A DNA stretch of 64,000 bases. Source: Octopus sinensis. Taxonomy: Eukaryota. Below the pieces are notes generated by a model. It was not told where the DNA came from. It saw nothing but the letters and a program-made list of their open reading frames with translations, and did not search any database. How positions within the stretch are numbered: position 1 is the stretch's first letter; each line of letters opens with the position of its first letter. This document shows positions 25,875 to 38,632 of the stretch, piece after piece. The translations under genes and the position numbers were made by a program. The stretch is from assembly GCF_006345805.1 (NCBI RefSeq), contig NC_042998.1:105648001-105712000 (forward strand). Direction: 5' to 3'.

Positions 25875-25923
25875 CAAAACTATATCGTAACATCTATGCA
25901 AGAGGTGCCCAATATTGAAACAT
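25875..25923 (-). CDS. Candidate internal exon (CFNIGHLLHRCYDIVL), phase 2 to 0
   Basis: Acceptor catttttctacag, donor gtgaac; one open frame, compatible with 24473-24524. Confidence 0.17.
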
Positions 25924-27017
25924 CTGTAGAAAAATGTATAAGTCCATAGCAGGACTGAAAAGCCATGTTTATGCTGTTTACATTTAAGAAAACAATCAAG
26001 CAACAGCATTGTTCAAAATTGAGTTGCAGCCAGTGTGGATGTGAGTGTCAGTAAGCAAGTATGTATGCATGTATTTATGTATGCATATATGTAAGCATAT
26101 ATGTATGTATATACACATGTATACAGACATATATGTGTGTGTGTATATACATGTAAGCAGATGTGTGTGCGTATATATGTAAGCAGTTGTGTGTGTGTGT
26201 GTGTGCTCGTGCGTGCGTGCATGTATCCATGTGTGTGTGTGGTGGGGTGTAATGCTTTTATTCAATTCAGTATAGAGCCAAAATCTTTCTCCCATTGTCT
26301 TGTATTCTGTAAAAATCAGAGCTGATAAGCTGATAAGGAAAATAGCCGTAAATCAGTTTTATCCTCCTATTCTCCAATCTATTTTACTCCCAGCCCCACC
26401 AACCGACTCTTCCATCCATTGTCCCTGCTTCTCACACTCTATATGTACAATAATTTCTCTAGGATTGTGTGTAGTGGCAGAATTTGTTGGTGTTGGCGTT
26501 GGTGTAGGTTTTGTGGGGTTGCAGAAGCAAACGATTTCTGCAGCATTCATTTCCATTGATTAATTGGTTCTAGCATGGAATCTGCCTGAAATCTATTACA
26601 CCATCTCCAGCAGCTTCTATTTGAATATAGCAATCAGTATCTAGTGCCTTCAAAGCCTCAGTTATTTTAGTGACAGTGTTACAAATGATAAAACAGTCAG
26701 TTATGCTGAAGATGGGGAACTTGTTGAGTATGTAGTATCTTGTAGCCATGTGAACTACAGTTATGAACAAGACCTAAAGCTATATCATGTATGTATGTCA
26801 ATGTCACTGAGTATGCATCCTTTGTCATGTCATAAACACATATTCACCGACTTGTTTATATAAATATACATTGTGTGTGTATGTGTATATATGTATATGT
26901 ACAAACATGAAACTTTATATATCATTTATATATACATATATATATATAAATGAAAGAATAAATAGAATTAAAAGTAAGATGGAGTATGATTTGACAGCTG
27001 TTTAATGACCACTACAC

Positions 27018-27058
<41 letters not shown>

Positions 27059-28019
27059 GTTTTATAGTTATATTTGGGGTTGATAATTTTTTCCTTTCCT
27101 TTTTGCCAATAGAGAAAAAATGACCATGCCCAAATATAACAATATCTGTTTCAACACACAATTTCACATTAAGAATCTTGCAAAACAACATAAACATCTC
27201 TCTCTCTCTCTCTCCCTTCCTTCTATGCTTCTATCTGTCATGTTCTTCTACTGTCCCTCTCTGCTCTCTGCCTTCTACTATCTTACCTCCCCCTACGACA
27301 GACATGTGACCTGTAGTCACCATCCTAGCTTCTTCCTTTTGACACTGGCTCCCCAGGCATGCAGTTGCGTTTTCTCTCATCTCACACTGTATTCACCTTT
27401 CACTGTCCCTCTGTTAATCCTTTCAGATATTCTCCCAGCATTGACTATTTTCATCTCCTGTCCGGCTCTAAGGCCTTATTTTTGTTTGTTTATTTATTTC
27501 AGTTCTTTCATATGCCCAGTCATCCTGTTTATTTTCATCTCTGTCCCTTGTCTGACCACTCACTGTCTCGTCTTGAATTATATTTACTCCTTATTTATAT
27601 GTTAACTTTCTATATTGCATTATTATCTGTTAGATCCTGTCTGGTTGTTCATTTTCTGTCTTGTTGTTTGGTTTGCTAATCCCCAGCAGCATTTTTGCCA
27701 TCAGCACCCCCAAACGGAAATGCAATGTTATCGTTAAGGTGTGAAATTGTGTTTGCCCCTCTGGTTAATAACTGATGGTAAGTTGGTGACCTTCTGTGTC
27801 TCTTTCCCGTTGGTATGTGTATTTATTGCTTTTAGCTTAAATATATAGATAGATAGAGAGATAGGTAGACAGACTGACAGATCAAAAATGGAACCCAGAC
27901 AAGCAGAGCATACATATAAAGTATAAACTATAAATATAGAGCAGTTATGAAGCAAATATCCTTGAGTAACATCAAATGCTTTGTTTGTCTTCTATTTTTG
28001 ATCTATTCATACCCACTGA

Positions 28020-28370
28020 GTGAAGGTGTTTGATTCAGTGGTTAGTGCATCAGGCTTACAATCATGAGGTAGTGTGATTGATTCTCAAACTGGGCTGTAT
28101 GTTGTGTCCTTGAGCAAAACACTTTATTTCACTTTGCTCCAGTTCATTCAGCTATAGAAATGAGTTGCAACATCACTGGTGCCAAGCTGTATCGGCTTTT
28201 GCCTTTCCCTTGGATAATGTCAGTGGCATGGAGAGGGGAGAATGGTATGCATGGGTGACTGCAAGTCTTTCATAAATAACTTTACTCAGACTTGTGCCTC
28301 AGAGGGGAACTTTCTAGGTGCAATCCCATGGTCATATATGACAGAAGGGGGGGGGGTCTTTTTTTATACC
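28020..28370 (+). mobile_element. tRNA-derived SINE (family D)
   Basis: gattcagtggttagtgcatcagg..gattctcaaactggg..tgtgtccttgagcaaaacactttatttcactttgctccagttcattcagct. Confidence 0.7.
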
Positions 28371-28644
28371 CACTAAATCAGGTACCACCTGTAGCCACCT
28401 TAGACATGCAATTTCAACACTTCATTCCCGTTTGTATTTCAAGCCGAAGTTTAGTGGTAAACTGATCTAAGCATTCATTATTCCCATTTATTATACATCA
28501 ATTGACATATACTACTTGCATCTCCTCTCTTTCTATATATATAAAGATGGATGAAATTGCACTACACATTTTGTCTGGCATGCTAGCAATCCTACCAGTT
28601 CATTGCCTTACATCTTTTGCTAAATATTAATAAAAAATATATAC

Positions 28645-28985
28645 ATGTAGCTGTGTGGTAAGAAACTTGCTTCCCAACCACATGGTTCTGAGTTCAGTCC
28701 CATTGTAGTACCTTGGGCAATTGTCTTCTATAACAACCTTGGACCAACAAGGTAGTCAGAAACTGAAAAAAGCCTGTCATACATATTTGTCCCACCACCA
28801 CCACCACTTGACAACTGATGCTAGTCTGTTCATTTCCCTATTACTAAAGTGGTTCAGCAAAAGAGGCCGATAGAATAGGTACTAGGCTTTAAAAAATAAG
28901 TCCTGGGGTCAATTTGCTCAATTAAAACTCTTCAAGGCAGTGCCCCAGCATGACCACAGTCAAGTAACTGAAACAAGTAAACATT
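28645..28985 (+). mobile_element. tRNA-derived SINE (family B), degraded
   Basis: gctgtgtggtaagaaacttgcttcccaacc..actgaaacaagtaa. Confidence 0.85.
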
Positions 28986-29640
28986 AAAGATACATACAGA
29001 CACATAGACACATTTATATATGAACATGAATGTCTCACAAATCTAGTCAGCAGCAAAAACTTCAATTTCAACCATTTCCATGTGAAAGTAAATCTCATAT
29101 TTTTACATGTATTCCTTGAGTACGTACTCAGTTAATGATTGATTATCTGCATGCATAATTATGCAATCTTTATGCAATTATGCATAAAACACACACACAC
29201 ACATATGCATCCTCGTGGTCAGCATTACCTTCATTATTATTATCTTCCTTCTTGTTTATGACCATGTTTTCTGTACTGTCAAGGGCTGAATAACACTTAT
29301 TGAAGCAGAATTTTATAGCTAAATGGACTTCCTGGCACCAAGACTTACTTGTTGTCATGTAAAGTACTTTATTCAATGTCTTTGCAATGATGAATGGTCA
29401 AGCAGCTGGATTATTTGTTTAAGCCTGTGGAAAATGCTTCACTGCCTTCCAAGTGATACAAATGCAAAGAAAAGGGCAGATAAATGCATACACACACATA
29501 CACAAACACATATACACACACACACATATACATACATACATACATGCTTTCATACACACACACACGCATACATATATATATACATACATACATGCAAGTA
29601 TGTATGATAAAAGAACAGGAGTAACAGAAATATATTTATT

Positions 29641-30600
29641 GACTTACAATAGTTTCCTTTATAAAGAGCTGTGCCACCATAGGTGACTGATAGTATGACA
29701 TCATACTGCTTCATCAGAGCCCTAACATGAAGTCTGGTTAAGGCTCTGATGAAGCTATATTATATTGTCACACACTGCTGAGTACACAGTTTCTTGTAGT
29801 GGAAACAAATTTAAACTAATTCATGTGATTATATAGCTCCCGTTCTTTTGTCATTTATATATTAATTAATATAATGCTCTGTACTTAAGTTCTGGCTTAT
29901 TCTGAAGTCCAGAGGGGTGGACATCAGTCAATTTACACTTCCTTACTGCTGGAGCTTAGAAATACCTTGCAATTTACCTTTTCAAATAGAAAAAAGAATA
30001 AGAGACGTAGTGTGATGTGATGAAAGCATTGTTTGATTTCCTGTATTAGAAGTTGTGATTGGTTGAGTTACGTAGTAAGTTGCAACAGTCTGTGTAGTGT
30101 AGCAGTAGGAGATGTATGACAAGTTGATGTGGGTGCTGAAAGGGTTAGTGGGAAAAGTCACTGAACAGTAGCTAAACTTTAAGATGAGGTTTGTCTGTAA
30201 GGAAAATATTTTGAAATTTTTTTTTTCTAATAGGATTGATTGGAGAAAACTATGGGATATAACAAAATACATTGTTGTGATATGATGAATGTGAGGGAGA
30301 AATAATTTAAAGAAACATATGAGAAAAGATGAATAAGTAAAAGATAAACAAAGTAAGGTAGTCAGAAAAGATAGTTTGTGCAATTCAGTTCAGTTCTATT
30401 GTTGATTTATGGTTCATGTTGTTTGATGAGAATAGCTTCCTTGATTCTCAAGATACCAATATTACAGTCACTTGCTTGGTGGACATAACTACTTCATGAT
30501 TCAGGCATTTATCAAAGTATTTGTTGAGCGAGGAAGTAGATTGGGGTAGGTGTTCCTTGATCTGTGTGTGGAGTTTCCAAAGTACAATACACTTCTTTGT
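29641..30600 (-). mobile_element. Penelope-like element 3' part (GIY-YIG remnant about 30450-30600, tail, HHR-like terminus)
   Basis: KLHTQIKEHLPQSTSSLNKYFDKCLNHE resembles R..EH GIY-YIG; terminus 29641-29721 reads ggct CTGATGA..GAAA ctatt GTA agtc. Confidence 0.6.
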
Positions 30601-30660
30601 ACACCCATGCATGCATACATACATAATACATACATACATACATACATACATACATACATA

Positions 30661-30825
30661 AAGAGAAATCGACCAGCTAATTCGTACATTACAAGTGCAA
30701 TCTATGAGTGCAACAGTAAAAATATGCAAGACTTTTCTCAAGTTCCAAATGTGAATTTGTCTATGTTAACTACATCCCAAAGATAGAGCCTTGTTGGAAA
30801 CCAGCTCCCTCCTCATTGGAGGATA
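30661..30825 (+). mobile_element. R4/Dong-like LINE extreme 3' end
   Basis: Close match to the reverse complement of 17281-17450; preceded by (CATA)n. Confidence 0.8.
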
Positions 30826-30984
30826 CGTGAAACAATGAATTAAGCTATACCCACACAAAAACAAAATAGAGCTCAGGTGATGATTCTCCAAACTCATAGA
30901 GTAGATCGGTAGATACATATTCAACATAGATATAACTGGTTTCCAGATTTGAGAAGGTTTCACCTGATTTAGCAATTTCATACA

Positions 30985-31295
30985 GTGGTGCTGGTGCCTC
31001 ATAAAAAAACCAATGGTGATGATGCCACACATAATGCACTGATAATGGCATAATAGCACTGGTGCTGGTACCATGTAAACAGCACTGGTGTTGGTGCCAC
31101 GTCAAAGGTGGTGGGGGTGGGATGGGGTGGTGGTACCACGTAAATAACATGCAGTATACTCTGTAAAGTGGTTTGCATTATGAAGGGTATCCACCCTTAA
31201 AAACCATGCCAGAACAGATAATGGTGTCTAGTGTGGTTGCCAGCCTTACCAGCTCTTGTCAAACCTTCCAGCCCATGCCAGCATGGAAAACAGAG
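30985..31295 (+). mobile_element. RTE LINE 3' tail fragment, degraded
   Basis: ..cttgtcaaaccttccagcccatgccagcatggaaaacag then (GGA)n/(GAT)n. Confidence 0.65.
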
Positions 31296-32664
31296 GTTCA
31301 GAGAGGAGGAGGAGGAGGAGATGATGATGATGATGATGGTGGTGAGGAGGAGGAGGAGGAGGAGGAGGAGATAGTATTTATTAACAAAAATATTAAAGTG
31401 TCCAAGGCACTTTCATCTTATGGTACAGAACATTTTATGAAAATAGTGCTATAGCTGTGTATGCATATGTATGTTTATGAGAGTGAACCTATTTCCTTGC
31501 AAGGATATGAAATCTATTGAAAGATGATTTATTACAAGTTACTTTACATTAAATGGTTTTCTCAATATGTATTTAAATGTAACAGGAAGTGGTACACCAC
31601 TCATGGCAATTTCATCAACACACGCACAGCTTCGCTCAATATCTCCCTCCCTCCCTCCTTCCTCTCTCTCTTTTTTCTCAATCTCTCTCTTATTTTTTTT
31701 CTCTATCTCTCTCTCTCTCCCTCTCAAGTTATTTCTCTCTTGCATTTTTCTCTCCTTTTCTCTCTGTCAGTCATTCAATTAGCCAGACAACAGAACAGCT
31801 TCATAACTTGAAATAAGAGAATTCCATCAACATTATGATTAATTCAAATTGACAAACATTCAGCTGGACAAACTGAGTTATTTTATAAAAATTCTTTCCC
31901 ATTAGTCAATGGCTTATTAACAACTATTGAAGAATATACTTCTTCCTGCTGTTCATAATTTTCTTATTGTCATTATTGGCGTTGGTGTTGTTTTTGTTAT
32001 TATTAAGCTCTAGGATTGCTCCAATCAAATAGAAAAATAATCAATTGGCACTGCTGTAATAATCATCCCAGCTATTTGTTTTTGTTTTTTTTGCTCTGTT
32101 GTTCTAAGATGACAGTAATGACTTCACTTCTTAAAGTCAGTAGGGTATAATTCAAGAGAGTTTAGGCTGTTATTTCCAGCAGTGTTTTGTTAGTGGCAAA
32201 ATGTACTGAGATTATTATAGCAATACTTTATACAACATCCAATCCGTGCAAGCATGGAAAATGGACATCAAATGATGATGATGATATATATACACATATG
32301 TATACACACACACACACACATATAGACACACACATAGACACACACATAGACGCACACATGACATGTATCTGTATAGTTCCAACTCACTAAGTTTAGCTCA
32401 CAAGGTATTAGTTAACTTCTGACCAGAGAAAAAGAAATCTTCCAAGATGTCAAAACCGTGAGATTGCAAAATAAACTTTATAACAATACAAGTATGATAT
32501 TGTTTATACATGTATATATATATATATATATAAAAAATGCATTTTCTGCTTGAGTCCTAAGCTGAACAAAGCCATATAAGTGAATTTGAATGGATTTGAT
32601 TGACAAAAGTGGAAAAAAATGGTTGTTGCATACATATAGATGTTAACACCTACAAGATACTGAC

Positions 32665-33850
32665 GTCAACCGGAAATCTACAACAGGCTCTACCTAAGGA
32701 AAGATGGAGGAGGTAGAGGCTCGAAATCAGTGCAGACAGCTTTCATATGTCATATAATCTCTGTCAGACACCTCTTCCTAAATAACAGCAGCAAAAATAA
32801 ATGCATTAACTTAGTGTTGAAAAGTGAAGAGAACAATACCCGACATGTGAACAATATCCTACATGTGAACAATACCCTACATGTGAACAATTTCCTACAT
32901 GTGAACAATTTCCTACATGTGAACAGCACTCAGGAAGCTCTCTCTTTCAATGACCTCCCTCCCACACAACCTCAACACTGTCAGACTAACATACTTTAAA
33001 AAAGACCTGGATGTGAAATGCTCAGCATACCAAAAAAGGTTATGTATGTGTATGTTGTCCAAAGACCCAAAGAAGACAGTAATATTGACAAGAAGCAGTG
33101 TCTCTTGGATTCATAACCAATACATCACACTTTGAAGGCTGTGCATATGGAATCCAAGAACAGGAGTTTACTACAAAATACCTGACAAAAGACACAGTGA
33201 AGCCCCTGGAACTCCAAGATGCAACCAAAAATGTAGATTAAGTCATATTTCTGTGGGAGACATCACGTGTGATTAGCAGCTGCCCAAAAATGTCACCTCC
33301 CTATGTGACATGGTGTTGCTGTAAAAACAATACACAACGCCATTCAGGAAAAAAGAATGTCCTGAAATAAATATAGAGAATCCTCTGATATTAAATACAT
33401 ACACCAACATCAATGTAAGAAATATTCCCATCAAAACATCTGGTAAGTGTAAACATAATAGACCAGATGTTGTTGTTATGGACAAAAAGTGCGTACCATC
33501 ACAGAAGTAAGCTGTTATACTGATGCAAATAGCTCATTGCAAATCAAAGAGAAAGAGGACAGCTATTGATGAGTGTTTCAAAATCTCCAGCTTCTATATC
33601 CAGATCATAAATTCACACTTATGTCAATTGGTGCACTTGATGTTATGTGTAAATGCCTAAGTGACAATCTGAATAGGTTTTCAGAAAAAGAAATCAACCA
33701 ACTAACTTGCACATTACAAATACAATCTGTCAGTGGAATAGTAAAAATATGCAAGACTTTTCTTAAGTTTAAAATGTGACATTGCTTTTGTTATCTGCAT
33801 TCCAACAATAGAGCTTTGTATCTTTGTTAAAAAGCAGCTCTTTCTTTGGA
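32665..33850 (+). mobile_element. R4/Dong-like (RLE) LINE 3' 1.2 kb, decayed
   Basis: RLYL.KDGGGRG-like, CRLSHISVGDITCVISSCPKMS (decayed CCHC), HNRPDVVVMD (RLE), SIGALD..GIVKICKTFLKF. Confidence 0.85.
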
Positions 33851-34169
33851 GGAAGAATTTAAATAATTAAAAGCATAAGACAATATATGCATGTGCCTAT
33901 ATATGTTTATATATACAAACATATATATATGTTTGTATGTATATATGAACAGTTATATATGTATGTGTGTGTTGGTATGTGTGTGTGTCTGTCAGTGTGT
34001 GTGTCAAAACAGAAGAGTGGAAGAATTTGGTATATTCTTAATTCCGTTTTACATGTGTTTCATTACAAGAGAGATTTTACAAAGGTATACATGCTGAAGA
34101 GTCGTGTATAGCTTCTTCTATCTGTAAATTCTTCAAAGATAAAATTTTATAATTATAATATAGGACATT

Positions 34170-34310
34170 AGGTACCGGCATTGCTGTAAAAATTAGAGTC
34201 TAAAAATCTTCTAATAAACCACCAATCACTGGAAATACAACCGGCACACCAGAAATCGGGCGACAAGTAAATAACTTAACTTACCATCTCGGCAGAAAGC
34301 CGCAGAATGA
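34170..34310 (-). promoter_or_regulatory. Small non-repetitive CpG cluster with ATG|gtaagt (34287-34285); possible first exon or promoter
   Basis: 6 CpG in about 140 bp in otherwise CpG-poor unique DNA; ccaat at about 34223; consensus donor. Confidence 0.25.
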
Positions 34311-34321
34311 GGAAATATGTG

Positions 34322-34375
<54 letters not shown>

Positions 34376-34777
34376 TATATATGTATATGCATATATACAT
34401 ATATATATATATATATAGGAATATACACATGCACATAAATGTGTCTGTGTGTTTGTTTAAATCTACACTTGCTTATATGAAAATTCCAATGTTCAAGCAG
34501 CATTGTTGTTGGCACTTGTCCTGTCAATAAATCACTCACTCATTTCATGCGTTCAAAGCCATGTGGAATATGAGATCTAAAGAAGATTAAAGTATAATGA
34601 TTTTCATGTCACTTGAAGGTTGGACAAAAGTAGAAATGAAAATATTCGTCCATGTGTAGCAATTTTATTTTTCATTCCTCTGATGATTACATATTGAAAT
34701 ATGAAGTGCAACATCTCGACAGAAATACACAGTAAAATTCGGATATCACAATGAAAGGTTCTGAGTGCATGCGTGCA

Positions 34778-34811
<34 letters not shown>

Positions 34812-35690
34812 TGAGTGTGTGTGTGTAACCTAGCATATGCAGGTGATGCAGCATAATAGTTAGAGAGAAATGCCGGTGAAGAAAATTATTGAGTGAATAC
34901 AAATGTGTCTCTATCAGAGAGAGAGAGAGAGAGTGAGTGACAGACAAACAGCGACAGAGAGAGAGAGAGAGAGAAAGGAGAGAGAGGGGGAGAATGAGAC
35001 AGAGACAGAGAATGTAAGAGAGAACAAGAGGGTAAGCATTATTGTGTGCATCATGGAGAAGAGAAAATTATTGAGTGAATACAAATGTGTGTCTATATCA
35101 CAGAGAGAGTAACAGAAAGAGAGAGAGGGGAGAATGAGACAGAGAATGTGTGAGAGAACAAGAGGGTGGGCATCAGTATGTGTATCATGGACAAAAGGGA
35201 CATGGGTTCTGTGTCACAATGACAATGACTCTGGTGAGAGTAAAAAAATTCTAGGTTTTTATAGCTGTACACAAAAGTTTGAGAAGTTTCTTTCAGGAAT
35301 TAGCATTTAAAAGTAGAAAAGTTCCTTTTGATTAGTACCGGTACCAATCATACTTACCATGAAAAATGATTGGCTGGAATGTAAGAGATTTTAGAATTTG
35401 TTATTTTAGCTTTTTTGCAAGATCAGTGGCTGATAGTTGCTTGTTTGTTTACATATTGCAAGTGGGGATGAATGACTGCCATCTCTAGCAGGCAGGCGTC
35501 CAGTACTGGGGGCAGGTAGGAATCCTGAAGCCAGACTGGTATGCTTGTCTTTCCATGCTGGAGGGGAGTGGTTTGCTCCCTTACTCACATATATCAGATA
35601 CAGGTTGTGTGTTGTTAACCAGCTGGAAAAGATGTTTTTCTGGGGTTAAAATGTACAGAACAGCTATGCTGAAGGGGCAGCAAACATTAC

Positions 35691-35730
<40 letters not shown>

Positions 35731-35834
35731 AAACTTACTTGGAAATGGATGCATGGTGTTCGATCATATAATAATATAAATAATATGTATATATGCATAT
35801 ATACACAAATACATGTTCGTGCTTACATATATAT

Positions 35835-36225
35835 ATGTATATATAGATGTATATACGGGTACAGGACATCAAAAAAATGTGAACAAAATGGGAAATGAGA
35901 ACATAAAAAACAAAAGCATGGAAAACGAACTTTTTTCCGAACAACAAGAGAAACAAATAGAGAAACGAAACAGGCAACATAAAGAACATTCCCTTTGTCA
36001 GTTGTCCCCTGCTTTATCTACTCCACGTTTCTGTCCCTACCTTTGAAATGCAGAGTAGATAAAACAGGGGATAACTGATGAAGGGAATGTTCTGCCTGTC
36101 TCACTTCTCTATTTGTTTCTTTCGTTGTTCGAAAAAAGTTCCTTTTCCATGCTTTTGTTTTTATGTTCTTGTTTCTCATTTTGTTCACATATTTTTTGGC
36201 ATCCTGTACCCATATATGCATGTAT
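35835..36225. repeat. Imperfect inverted repeat, about 190-bp arms, about 20-nt loop
   Basis: gggtacaggacatcaaaaaaatgtgaacaaaatg..ttatctactcc mirrored by gagtagataaa..ttttgttcacatattttttggcatcctgtaccc. Confidence 0.85.
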
Positions 36226-36854
36226 ATATACATATATATGTAGGCATGTACATGTATGTATATATGCATATATATATATTATTTATTTGGGACCTGACAA
36301 TATGCCATAAAGTTAAACCCTTTATGGACAGGAAACCCAGGGTGACCCATAAACTGGCCTTCACCAGGAAAAATACAAACTGCTCTACCTCTTAGAGTGT
36401 GCTTCTTCTCTGGATTAATGTGTTTCTAAAAGCGATATATATATACAAGTGAGCGGACAAACAAAAGAAAAAGCAGCTCTCACCCAGATGCCAGCCCTCA
36501 ACCACACACCAGCTACCCTCCCCCACTCATACAGACCTGCATAGACACCAGACACCCATATCCACGCAATCATACATCAGATATATACACACACACCCTT
36601 GCCAGCCCTGTTTCTGTCAGCCTGCAAGCCCCTTAAAGGTCAACCAGTCACCAAGATGCCACCAGCTTCCTCTCCAACCATGTGGTCCAAGAAATTCTCC
36701 TTTTTAATGCACTTGGTGTCGTTGAAATGTTGATCTCACTTCTGGCAACATCATGTGACCCACCTTCAATAATAGCATTCCAGTTCCAGTAGCTGTCTTG
36801 GACTTCCTCTATCGTGTCATTTAGTTAGCTGAGCTTGAATGAGCTTAAGTTTCT

Positions 36855-37090
36855 GTAAGAAGTGTGTGAAACTTCAAGTTGTATGGAGCCAAACTGTGCA
36901 CCAATAGCAATTGGTGTAATCTTATAATAATTGGTGCATTGGAAACTGTAAGCAAAGATACTGTCAAATGGTTGGAATCTATAGAATATAGTCTGTGGAT
37001 TAGAATGTCATGTAGAACTTCTGCAGAAAGTTTGCCTCTTAGGACAGGAAAGATTATCAGGAGGGTTCTAAGTACTTGAAAGACCACTGA
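36855..37090 (+). mobile_element. R4/Dong-like LINE C-terminal fragment (second subfamily)
   Basis: LIIIGALETVSKDTVKWLESIE..LRTGKIIRRVLST. Confidence 0.7.
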
Positions 37091-37349
37091 AAAATAGTGG
37101 ATACCTAAGGTTGCAAGTAGTAACCCACATAAATCCTACCAGGAATAAAACCAAACCTGAGTCAAATCAATAATAGTGTATATGTGTGTGTATGAGAGAG
37201 AGAGAGCATGTGTGAGTGTATAAATGTGTGTGTGGATGGATGGAAATTTGTATATGTGTGCATGTATGTGTGTTTTATGCATACATACATATATATGTCT
37301 ATATACATACTTGTATACACACACATATATAGACACACACACTCACGCA

Positions 37350-38592
37350 TGAGGTTCAGTCAAAATTTCTTTGAGATGTTTACCAATGATTTGGCAACTT
37401 GTATCTCCTTGTTATGTCATTAATCTGATATAACTTGTCCAATCGTTGCTGAATTTATTACTCTTTATTTTTTTATATATAACATATAAACATTAACTGT
37501 TTATTTTTTATTTTACAGTTTTGATAATGAGTGGTTAGAAAACTGCAATTAGAGCCTTTTTACACTACCTGTAGAGAAAAGGACTGAATACAAGGACAGC
37601 GGCAAAAGAAATTAAGGATATAGAAGATTCCAGAACTGTCAATGAACAGGTAGCACAAAACTGGTTCAGAAGTCTCAAGGAAGGGGACACCAGCCTTGAA
37701 GACAAACCATGGTCAACAAGACCTTTTGTTGCGGAAGATTAGGACTTATTTGAATTGGTTGAACAACAGACAAACACAAAGACTCAAACATTGCTAGCAG
37801 AACTTGGTCCTTCACACAGCATCATCAGTCGACACCTCTAAAAGCTCAGGTTTGCAAACAAACTCTGTCGAGAAGCTTTTCATGAATGACCGATGATCAG
37901 GTTTTGCAATGTGTGAACATTTTCAAACAACTACCTGCAAATTCTTACGATGACCATTTTTTAAAGTCAGATTGTAACTAGGGATGAAAAATATAGATCT
38001 ATTTTTGTAATGCTAATAAGAGGAATTAGAGGCTTTATTCTGGCCAGGCTTCAGAACCTGTTGTCAAACAGGGGTGGTTTATACAGAAAGTTACGTAAAG
38101 GCAGAATTTTAAGGGGATATTGCACTTTGAGTTTGTCCTAAACGGTCATGCTATGAACACTAACCTTTATGCTCAACAACTGTGGTGAGTATATAATACA
38201 TGAAAATAAAAGATGCATACTCCTACAGCATGGCAATTCCCCAGCACATTCTACCAATGTGACCAAGTAGAAACTTGATGGGCTAGAAGTACTACCTCAC
38301 CTTAGTCCAAACCATGCACCATCAGATTACCACTTTCTTTGAGCCATCACTCATTTCCTGCACAGGCAGAGGTTCAACAATGTGGATGAGGCCGAAAGCA
38401 GTTACAGAGGGTTTTTTGCCTCTAAACCAGTCAATTGTTATAAGCATGGAACTGAACTTCAAACATAACAGTGGCAACAGCTAGAGTATGATAGGATATA
38501 TTTTGATATTTTGATGAGTAAACACTTTTCGTGTGTAATTTGTTGTTGAACTACTAATTAAAGTTTGAAATGCAGAAAATAGTTTTGACTCG

Positions 38593-38597
<5 letters not shown>
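37350..38597 (+). mobile_element. Near full-length mariner element, many stops
   Basis: Ends gaggttcagtcaaaa / ttttgactcgacctc; AQNWFRSLKEGDTSLEDKPWSTRP, IVTRDEK, HGNSPAH, SPNHAPSDYHF (DD34D type). Confidence 0.88.

Positions 38598-38632
<35 letters not shown>

Noticed and set aside
29349-29424. Minus-strand exon with strong acceptor and gtaagt donor
   Set aside because: All three frames contain stops; at most a non-coding or terminal exon, and it is unsupported.
31105-31136. G-quadruplex-like G-rich run
   Set aside because: Part of a decayed RTE tail with irregular G tracts; no evidence of function.
34885-35195. About 175-bp imperfect tandem duplication
   Set aside because: Real but ordinary (GA)n-associated slippage; low interest.
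35990-36090. Permuted hammerhead from GAAA..GTA..CTGATGA
   Set aside because: Stem I does not pair in either arm.
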